From Bigelowiella natans CCMP2755 (taxonomy: Eukaryota > Protista > Cercozoa), in NCBI GenBank assembly GCA_000320545.1, contig ADNK01000772.1, positions 89,488 to 153,487 on the forward strand: 64,000 bases of DNA, written 5' to 3'. The position numbers and the translations under genes were made by a program. This document shows positions 54,444-64,000 of the stretch, one piece after another. Positions within the stretch are counted from its first letter, which is position 1; each line of letters starts with the position of its first letter. Below the pieces are notes generated by a model. It worked only from the letters and a program-made list of their open reading frames with translations. It ran no database searches and was not told where the DNA came from.

Positions 54444-55299
54444 GGTAGTGCGTACTTTACGCGGTGGTATAAAAACTCTGTTCTTGTTGTGTTAGAAAGC
54501 GAGCTAGTTATTTTTGAGAATTGGATAGAGCTTGGCATGCATCTAGACATGTCGTCAAGAGTCAATGTGCCACGCTTAGAAACCGTGATGATGGAACGTT
54601 ACAATGCATGGCGTGCACATCCTGACATACGCCAACATGATCGACATGTAGAACAAGGGATGCATCATGATTGTCAACATGCATGATGATCATTGTGTTG
54701 CGTCAGTGGACATTGTGCTGACACATGCATCTTCACAACACTTACTGCATGAACATCTGCAATGGCTGTCTCAATGTCTAGCTGTCAACCAACTTGTGCA
54801 TGATCGAAGCTGTCGCTCGCTTGCACACGTGTTCACGTGTGATCATGTCTGGAAGTACGAAACGATGCAATGGAGCACTGCAACGGATAGTAGTTACAAA
54901 TGTGGGGAATGGCGGTCATGCATGCTAGCATGATTGATCCAGCAGCTCAAGGTGGAGCTAGCTAGCTAGCAAAGCCGCCTGTCCAACAACCCACTGACCA
55001 CACGACACGTCCCCGCGCGCCTCCACTTGTTCTAGTGTTGTTGTGCATGCATTTCTTCTCGCGCCGATCCATGTAATCGTAGCTATTAACTAGCAAAAAT
55101 TGACATCGCAACGCATGGCTGCAAAATGAATCGATGTCATGATTGCAGCAAACTGCAGGTACGAGCTTCTCAATTGTCAACGTTGGTGCACATTAGGATC
55201 AAGCGTACCAGAATAATGCAACATTTCAAATGCTCCGACCAAAATTTAAGCGCGAATGATTGTAAATTGCTGAACAAATGGGTACCAGGATAGTTATGG

Positions 55300-57543
55300 A
55301 ATGTACTCAAAAGCAAAAACACACATAATTTGCAACGCCACTGGGCGAAGAACATTAGGCTAGGTTGTTCTTTGTCCCGGCTGACTCCATAATCGGAACA
55401 AAAAAAGAAGCAAGTACTTCAGGATTGAATCTACTTGATTCCTCAGTTGACCCTTTCAGCATTAGACTATGTCCGTTTAAATTTAAAATCTAAAAAAAAT
55501 GAGGGTCAGTTCATTGAATTTCTGAGATTGATGCAGAGGGTACATTCTCCACATGGTCCTTAAAAGAGGCTCTAATTTTTTTTGGGAAGTACTCGATGTA
55601 TTCATTTAGGTCATTTATAGTTATCATGTAATCTTTCCTAAAATATGCATAGATTGTCTATTAAAGCTTGCATGTAGTCCATCTTGTGAAGAACGTCACT
55701 TATCATATTCCCCATGAAGATATTGAGAAGGATTGGAAAGAAAATTCAACAAAGTATACATGGAGACTCTGACATATCTTTCCATGTTGGAAACCTAGTT
55801 CAAAATAAAACTTAGGAACTGTTGCAAAGAAATTGCATGTCAATCATTTTACATTTTCAGATCCCTGTGCACCTGGTGCAAGTACTACACGACCAATATT
55901 GAATTTTAAGTCTCCTGCTTCCATTCTCCGCCAGGTGTTTTCGAGATTGAGCAAGCGCTGGCTTTTCTAATAACAGTTAGATCATGTTAATTTGATGTTG
56001 AAACCCATTTGTGCGACTATGTGGGGGTGTACCTGGCAATGATATGAAGAATCTATGTTCGACTGAAAATGAATCATTTCCTTGCATCAAGAACTTTCCA
56101 AGTCTCATTGTGATGTACTTCTACCTGTTTTCTCAGCACACTCAATTCCTCCTTTAGTTTCACATCCGGTGATTCTATATTGAAGGGGTGTGTCGCCATT
56201 TTCCGGTCTCTCTTTCATAGGTTGTCGCGATATTAAAATCCAAGCGCTTAATGCAGGGAAAAACTTCGTACTCGCACATTGTGCTGCAGTTATCATTCAT
56301 GCCCTGTCTCAGGGCCAGTGAACAAGAGGAATCATTTCAAAATTAGCGCCCCAGACTACCTTTCGCTTCTGGGAATGCAGGAAGTTTCGATCCGATTTCA
56401 TGATATCACAGGGAAATGGTTGGAATTGGGACGGCGTTCCGAAATAAAGGGGAACTTGGCAGAGAAAAGCAAGAAAGAACCTTGTCGTTGCTTGGAATCC
56501 CCACGTACTTCCCAGCATCCGCAGGGTCGATCCATTCCAACAATTTCTCCCAGTGTCGCTACCCTAGACGAACACCAAGGAAAACACAACACATTCGAAG
56601 TCGAACACATAATCCTGTGAAATGGGGGGTGTATGTGCCCGCTCACGAGAATCCACTAATCAAGAGGCTATGGGAGATGAGATTCGTACGAGTAAGAATC
56701 TTGAAAAGGAGACCTGGTCGGAAGATTACAAACTTGATTTAGGTAGCAGCATAGGGAAGAATACGAAAACGCTAACGGGTGAAGAGAGCAGCATAAATAC
56801 CCCAAAATCATATGCTACTGGAACGACTAGCTATTGTGACAGTCCACGGACCGAAAAGGATACGTTAAGTGAAAATGAAGGACATAAAGCAGTCAATCCG
56901 GATGGGATAGAAAATCATGGCGGAGACATGGAGCTGGATGAAAATATGGTTCCCTTCATGACTCCTTCAGAAAAGAGTGCAGACTTGCTTACCAAAGTGG
57001 TTACGAAGGCTAATGAAACAGGAAATTTAGTTTTGCATCAAGGATTTCTTGAGCGGGCATGCTATGAAGAAAATAGCAGCCTTCGAAAACCACTGAAATG
57101 GAAAGAGGAATTCTTCATACTGCATCAATACGTCCTTTTTCATGGTATGAGACTTAAATATCAATAGATACTAGTATATTGACAAAAAGTGATTTTAAAC
57201 TTGCATCTCAGGGACAAACAAAAAAGGTGTCCTCCAGCAAGCGATAGATGGTATTTTTACAAAGGCAAACATCTTACCATTGTCGAATATTGCTTCCTTT
57301 GAAAGGGATAAGAAGCGAATGGGGGTTTTTCATTTGCATTTGAGATCCAAAGATGGCAAATCTCTGCACTTAATGTGCCGTTCGACGGATGGAGGCGATA
57401 TTAATCCTTGGATAACTGCATTACGAAATTCGAAGTCGTCATTCAGTAAAATAGTAAGCGATTTTGCACGGCAGAATATTCAGAGGCGAAGTACTGCACG
57501 AGCAAGACAAAATCTTGCTATGGCAATTAATGGGGCAGCGTAG
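55300..57543 (+). CDS. PH-domain protein (PH domain ~57030-57440); 5' exons uncertain
   Basis: VLHQGFLER...KWKEEFFILHQYVLFH|G...ILPLSNI...FHLHLRSKDGKSLHLMC...INPWITALR fits the PH pattern. Confidence 0.6.
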
Positions 57544-58058
57544 ACAAAGACTTATTCTTCCTTAAGGAGAACGTAGATCATCATGCAAACAATTTGATTG
57601 CTTCAATGTTTAAAACAAGCAAATCAAGCCTGCACGTATCCACATTGTAATTCTAGGCCGGATTGGGCACACGCTGCATGGATGTCACAATGTACAGATT
57701 GAAATTCATGGCGCGTGCCCCCAGACTTGTCTAGAGACGGTAGGTTGTGTTTGATGTGAGAACGCATCCATGTGTCTAGATGTTAATTAGTTCGATCTAG
57801 ACGGATGCGATGCTATGCATCACACATACCAGCACGCTGAAAAACAGATTTGTTGTTCGTTGCATCGCTCACGCACGTGCTAGACGTGTCATTTTGCAGC
57901 CTACTTGATCATTCGAGTTGTTCATTTACACAGAGAATGCGATCAAGACGATTCAATCGGTTCTGATTGAATTTGATGTTCAGTGTTGTCTAGATAGCTA
58001 GTTGTGCACATGGACAGCTATGCAGATCATGAGATCTAGAGATGGATATGCACAGATG

Positions 58059-58104
<46 letters not shown>

Positions 58105-58527
58105 ATCCATCCAAAAGTCTCACGGTCGCACAACAGTGTTATCTAGGTGTGTGCAGTGAGCACTGTTGACATGTGCACAAAATCAATGGATGTGAGACAA
58201 TGTCAAGCACTGATTTGTGCTTCGCACAACTTGACGCAATCTAGCAATGCGCAGCATGACTTTGGAAGGAACTTTTTGATCTTTTTTTTTTGAAGGTGTG
58301 AATGAGCTTAATACAAGGTTCTGGGGCCTTAAAATGCATGTCACTTTAGACACTTTGATAACTGTTTAATAACTATTAACAATTCAATTACACAGTTGGC
58401 TTGCCGAATACAATATTCGCAAGCAAATTTTTCCTGATGCTAATCTGCTTAGTGACAAACTAAGATTTAATAGCGAAGGTGCAATACCTAGTTGTACACA
58501 AGTCACAAGAAATCTGCAGAAGCACCT

Positions 58528-59210
58528 TCAAGCCCCATGTACCGAAGACAATGATTTACTGGTACTGTAGCTCGTTGATGAAGTGCTTCCACTAACGTTA
58601 ATACTATATTCCGATTTCTCACGAGTCGATGGTTCAGCTTCGGCGTGCATGTTGATGATGATTCTCTTTCTTCGTGATGAAGAAACGCTCGCTTTTCGTG
58701 GAGCTACAATCCTTGGACTGTTTTTTTGTGAGCTCCATGAATCTACCATAGTTGAGACCGACAACTTCGGTCGTAAACGTTCTGATCCAATGCTAGTCAC
58801 TGCCATCTGCTCGTAGGACGTGGGGCATGTGACTCCTTTTATGGCTATAGGTGCTCGGTCTGCCAAGCCTGAAATTCAAAAGTTAAGGTGTTCGAGTATT
58901 CGAGCAGTAAGTTTCTCGAATTGTGTGTACCTTGTCGGTTATTCCTTATCAGAATTTTTGAGATAGGTTTCTTTACCACAGCAGTATGATCTCTCAGTTC
59001 TTGCATTTTCTTCAATTGTTTCTGGCGAAGTTTTATTGAGCTAGGGCCTATGTTCATTTTCCTTACCCAGGGACGTCGAGATGACTTAGACGACCTTGAT
59101 ACACTGTACTTCTTCGATCCAAGGCAACAGAGCCACCATCTAGAGCTACTGTTTGCGATGGATTCATCTTCTTTGAGGGACGGGCCCGTGGCTCTAGTGG
59201 AGAAGTCCAT
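58528..59210 (-). CDS. Hypothetical two-exon Ser/Lys/Arg-rich protein
   Basis: ORF 58845-59210 can splice (gt at ~58930, ttcag at ~58870) into ORF 58528-58866. Confidence 0.4.
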
Positions 59211-59769
59211 TTTGGTGTGGCTCTTGAGTTATGTAGCTATGTGGCACAGGGCTTCAACGGAGCCGAGTTTTCAGATTTAAGATGCGATGATGCAGTGAGA
59301 GCTGCATGAAATAGCGGAAAGGTTGGGGAGTTACCTCAACGACAAATGCATGTTCATCTTTCAAGCCCCAACGGCATTGTTCTCTCTGGGAATCAGCACA
59401 ACTTTATCGAGGTCAGCCGCGAAATTAATTTCGTGTTTTTGTCCGCTTCCTTTCTCAACACGTCGCCTCGGAACACGGTTCGTCACTTGTTTTTGTTGTG
59501 TCGTGCAGCACTTAGCACCACGTGTCTGCTCGTTCTCAGTGAGGGCATCAAGCCATGGGCCTGAAGCAGCACTAAGTACTTGAATAGCCGACGCTGCTCC
59601 GAGTGACTAAGCGGATGCTTTTCGTGGAGTTGCTCGTTTCATGAATTGGCTTGAGTTCGTTGCTGCGACAAGTGGTCAGGGCCAAAGAGCAGCAAATGGC
59701 CAGGATGGTTTGTGGCAGACGCACGGAAAAGAAGCGTTTGGAGATGTTGCGCGTAAGGTGTTCACAGGC

Positions 59770-60070
59770 CGAGGCGCTACGTGCACAAGTAGGCAGGGGG
59801 GGGGAAAGGCACGTTTGCTTCCTTTTGAAGAGTTGTGTTTATTTTTATTAAAGATTATATTTTTATTAAATCGTGCACTGCGTAATCATTCGCGAAGCTT
59901 TCGCGAATGCCGCCGCACGTGGGGCAGCACACTTCCGGTGTGCTGCCATGAGTCCCGCCGGAACCCACGTGCCTATGCTGTATTAATATCTACGTTATCT
60001 ATATTCTATATCCGCGACAACCCCTTTGTTGTCGCACGTGACTTGTGCCCGCGTAGTGGTACGCGCTACA
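59770..60070 (-). repeat. 3' LTR (~300 bp); distal end inferred from alignment to the relic at 5095-5402
   Basis: Begins TG directly after the PPT (plus strand ...gctaca|cctccccc at 60070); contains AATAAA on the minus strand (~59862-59867). Confidence 0.7.
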
Positions 60071-60121
60071 CCTCCCCCAAGTCACGTTGCTCCTTCCTTC
60101 CTTCCTTATTCCCTTAGACCT

Positions 60122-63100
60122 TCATCGCTTTCGGAACTTCACCAACCACCAGGTAATAGATTCCTCTCTAACCTTATCTCCTTTGTCGCTTACCCAGAAC
60201 TCACCTTCGTCCTTAGGTTCGTGTCCATACCAGCCCTCTGCATCAAGGTCCCCCAGGACCTTATACCAGTGCTCAAAGGGTAAGTCGGGAACAGCTAGGT
60301 AGAGTAGCTGATATTTTCCGTCCTTTATTTTCATAGCTACCCTCTCCATATTTCGTAATCCAGGGTAGCCTAGATAGACAATCTTCATGCGCCAATCGTC
60401 GTTCACCCTGACCTTATTGTTTCCATATTCCACATCGAACTTAGGTCGGGGTCCTAAACAAGGCATTGCTCGCTCCCACACAGTAGGGTTTACTTTAACA
60501 TCCTCTAGGAGCTTCTCACCGATATCATAATTCTTTAGGTGACTGATGTGGCGCAAGGTGACCCTGTTCCCATCATAGATGTAGTACTGCTTCCTCCCCT
60601 TCCTCTCGGTAACCTTTGCAACGCCACCCCAGAAGGGGTCTTGTTTATTTCTCGATCTCAGATTTACCTTGGCCCTAACATACTGTCCTTCCTTTAGAAC
60701 TCGGCCATCGTACGGGACCTTCTCGTCTTCGCTCTCGGTATCGTCGTCGTTGTCGTCGCCTTCTTCCCTCTCCTTATCCTTGATACCTCCCCCAGACGTG
60801 AAGGTGTCGTTTACTAACCCTTGTATCTTGTCTGGTGTGGTGCTATTTATCCTGCTTAGGTTGGCCAAGGTGCGGTGGAGTCGCTCTACCTTGGAGTTGG
60901 ACTGGGCATAGTATACAGGTGAGGCATCAATATTAGGGTGTGGTAGCTGTAGAAGAGAGGTCTCATTATCCACATGTAACTTCTTTGGTATCTTGTTTAT
61001 GCTAACTTCATCAGGGATAGCCTGGAGCTCAGACTCCCAGGTACGGTAGCAGTTAGTAAGCCTCTGCTTATATAAGCCTTTGTTCTTCTTAGCAACGTTG
61101 ACCTTGATAATCTTTTTAACCCAGCACTTTCCAGTGGCCACATCAACGAAGGTAAGGTAGTGATAGCCATCGTACTTATAAACATCAATTTGCACGATAT
61201 CTAAGAAGTTCCTTGCTTTGATTTTCTTAGATGCACGGCTCTTGCTGGACTCCTTGGTGGCGACGCCTGCCGCCTTCAAGCTGGAGCACCTGCAGCCACG
61301 CAGGTATGTCCTTATCTCTTTTAGCTTGTAGGGCCAGTAGTAATGGTAGAGTAGAGCAGTGATATGGTTTTCTCCTACGTGTGCAGGTCCATGGGCGGTA
61401 AAGAGAAGGGCTCCCCTGGTCCGCCGTGGCACGTAGGTACGCCTAACATTATTAGTGTATACATATATCCTATCACTAAGTACCTCATGCTTGTGTTTGT
61501 ATTTATCCAGGTGTTCTTGAAGGTGCTGGAGCTCCTCTGGCTCAGGCAGGAAGTCGCCGTCCTCGAAGGTAATCGCGTTAACCATAGGGGTGACCTGGGT
61601 AGGGACTTTCTTTTCGAACAGCCTGCTGAAATAGTCAGCAAGCTGCTTGTCTCCTGGTGCGTAGACCACTGTCCTCTTGTCCCTAAACTCTTCCGTGTCC
61701 GCCCTCATAGCTGCATACTCATCGTTAGGCGCTTCGAGCTTGCGGTCGATGCCTAGGAGGGGCTTGTGGTCAGTCATTAAGGTGAAGCTGGGCACCGACA
61801 GCAGGTAGTATCTTAGTTTCCTCTGCGCCTCAGTCATGGCTTTATACTCTCCTTTTGTAGGGCTGTACTTGGCCTCAGCTGCTGTGCAGGCCCTGCCCCA
61901 CACCCGTATGATCTGCTGGTCTTGGGTAAGTACAGCAGCCATACCTAGCTTAGACCAGTCTGTCCATAGGGTAGCTGGTCTAGTAGTGTCTAGCTTAGCA
62001 TTCAATAGGGTGTTGCTGCATAACTTTATTAGGTTATCGAAGTGGGCATCAAGGCCAGCCTTGGCCCACACCTTAGCGAAGCTGAGGCCTACAGAGTTCT
62101 CCTTCCGGTAAGCAGTAGTAAAAGCAGCTGCAGTCCTAGCGTAGGTAGGGGAGAACCTACGTAGTATCCAAGCTGCAGTCTGCAAGAATGACTTTAACTC
62201 CTTTGCATTCTTAGGTTTAGGGGCTTGCTGTAGTGCTGCTACTTTCTCGGGGTTTGGGGTGATGCGGCCTTGCTCCAGGTAATATCCACACCACTTGATT
62301 CTTGTAGCTAGGAATGTACACTTCTGCAGTCTAATAGTAAAACCGAAGTGTGCAACCTAATAAATATATTTTCCAGGAGGAAGATCTGAGCGACGACTGT
62401 GTTGGTACATATTATGTCATCATCCACATACACAAACACAAACACCCACAACACAGACGCCATCCCATCATGTGTGTATGCCCTGTAGTTCTGACTACTG
62501 AACGCATCCCCTGATATGCTTAGGCCGTAAGGGAATACGACGAAGTGCCACTTCCTGTGCCTGCTGGAGAACGCGGTAATGGGGCGGGAGGTTTTGTGGA
62601 TGGGTGTCTGCATGTATGATTCATTTTTATCTAGGGAAGAGTAGTATTTGTATCCTATGACGTGTTCAATAACGTCATCTATCCTTGGTGTAGGTGTCTG
62701 GATCCTCTTTATTACTCGGTTGTGGCGGATGAAGTTGTGCGCCAGGCGGAAGAAAGGGTAAGTAGGTTTCTTAGCTAGCACATGTCTCACGTTCCATGGT
62801 GAGTTGCTTGGCTCTATCTTCCCTTCCTTTGCCCATTCATTGATCTGCCACTCTATCTTTTCCCAGTCCGCTTCCGGTCGCCTATGTTCTGGGTCATTGA
62901 TGATGCACTCTTCGTATCCCTTCTTTAGCTCGATCTTTACTGGGGTAAGCTTGCTGGAGGGCTTCGTCGTCGGCTTGGTGATGTCAGAGTACTTCTCGTT
63001 TAATATTTTATTAATGTACTTTTTGCCTTTGTCGATATCCCAATCATCAGCTGGGGGGGTCTTGTCCAGTAGCTCCGTTATCTGTCGGATGGTCTTGCCG

Positions 63101-64000
63101 GGGTTCTTCTTCCGTAGCTCGGTAGGTGTAGGTAGCTTGTTGTCCGCTAGGTCCATAAACTCTAACGCATTAACGCTTGACTCAGAGGTCCACTCGTCAA
63201 GCCGTATCATGTTCTGGCTGATGGTCCTGCCTGACTTCTTTGGCAACTTAGCAAAGTATATCTTGTGATTGTAGAATGATATGATCCCCCCTAATTTTTC
63301 TAGGGCATCCTGTCCGAGGAGTAGTTCCATGGATAAAGTCATGGCTACTCGGGTCTTGATTTGGGTCTCCGCGTCGCTGCCAGGTATCTGTAGCTTTAGC
63401 ATTAGCTCACCGACGGTCTTCATGGAAGAGCTTCCGTCTGCTTGAGCATATTTACGTTCTTTCTTAGTCACTTGATCCAATAGTCCTAACCTTCTTACTG
63501 TGCTTAGGCTTATGAAGGACTTCGGCATGCTGCCACTATCCCAAAGGGCAGGTAGTTTCTTGTAGTCTCCGTAGCTGTCTTTAACTTTAACCTTGGTCAT
63601 AGCAACTTTGATAGTCCTGTTAGCGTCTTCGTCATTAATGTTGCATACTCCTAAGTTCTTTATGTCGTCTAGGGTCATGGGCTTGTCTTGGTCCTGCGTT
63701 GCTGGTACTGCTGTCTTCGTCGGCGCCTGCTTAAGGTGATCTAATATTCCGTTTATCTGCTGCTGTATAGCATTGATACTGTTCTGCTTTTTGTTCTTAT
63801 ATTTATTGTTCTTCCCGTTGTTGCTGCCTTGCCATTTGCTGTTGTTATATCCTTGTCCTCTGCCTTTCTTTCTCTTTAACTTCTCGTAGTGTTCGTTGAG
63901 CTGCCTGATCGTCATCCTGGGTCGTCCTTCTTTCCTGTCTCTGCAGTCTTTAGCGGTGTGTTTCCCTTTACGTGAGCAGTATCCGCAACGTCGGTTACCT
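60122..64000 (-). CDS. Gag-Pol polyprotein with one frameshift in RT (~62350) and an extra C-terminal Dam-like domain
   Basis: ORFs 62308-63915 and 60122-62185 join via ...FIRLH/FGFTIRLQKCTFL...WCGY...PNPEKV. Confidence 0.9.

Larger units (their letters stand above)
59770..64000 (-). mobile_element. Ty3/Gypsy LTR retrotransposon; 5' part outside window
   Basis: Gag Zn knuckle CGYCSRKGKHTAKDC at right edge in frame with protease LWDSGS, RT YVDD, RNase H (TDWSKLG...MTDHKPL), integrase, PPT GGGGGAGG and 3' LTR starting TGTAGCG; domain order PR-RT-RH-IN. Confidence 0.95.

Noticed and set aside
59232-59770. Longer LTR extending to TGTAGC at 59232
   Set aside because: Similarity to the relic at 5095-5402 fades near 59770; this cannot be settled without the 5' LTR, which is outside the window.
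62804-63268. Plus-strand ORFs within the retrotransposon (also 60669, 61364, 61836)
   Set aside because: Antisense shadows of gag-pol.

Overview
Eukaryotic nuclear DNA from an intron-dense protist. Many introns are filled with microsatellites and one protein has a signal-peptide-plus-transit-like leader; this would fit a chlorarachniophyte/Rhizaria-type genome, but that assignment is tentative. Spliced genes read by eye, left to right: the 3' end of an ABCC transporter, a Cys-rich receptor-like membrane protein, a TCEANC2 orthologue, initiator tRNA-Met, PEX2, a MARCH-type RINGv E3 ligase, a 7TM protein, an ATM1/HMT1-like ABCB half-transporter with His/Cys-rich tails, a NIPA Mg transporter, a second Cys-rich receptor-like protein, a DOT1-like methyltransferase, an intronless 4TM protein, a DsbA/FrnE selenoprotein (UGA in an 11-nt micro-exon, plus a SECIS) and a PH-domain protein. 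A young Ty3/Gypsy LTR retrotransposon runs off the right edge. The main unexplained signal is that repeat-derived blocks (about 4.6-5.6, 40.1-41.2 and 49.6-50.8 kb) have almost no TpA dinucleotides, and roughly half of the survivors sit in CTAG. Aligning a decayed LTR relic to the intact element shows TA->TG and TA->CA substitutions, i.e. A->G hypermutation on both strands, the mirror image of fungal RIP. This suggests an undescribed adenine-directed genome-defence system. The Gypsy integrase also carries a C-terminal domain resembling the DIRS/phage Dam-type N6-adenine methyltransferase. All exon structures and dinucleotide counts are manual and need computational confirmation.
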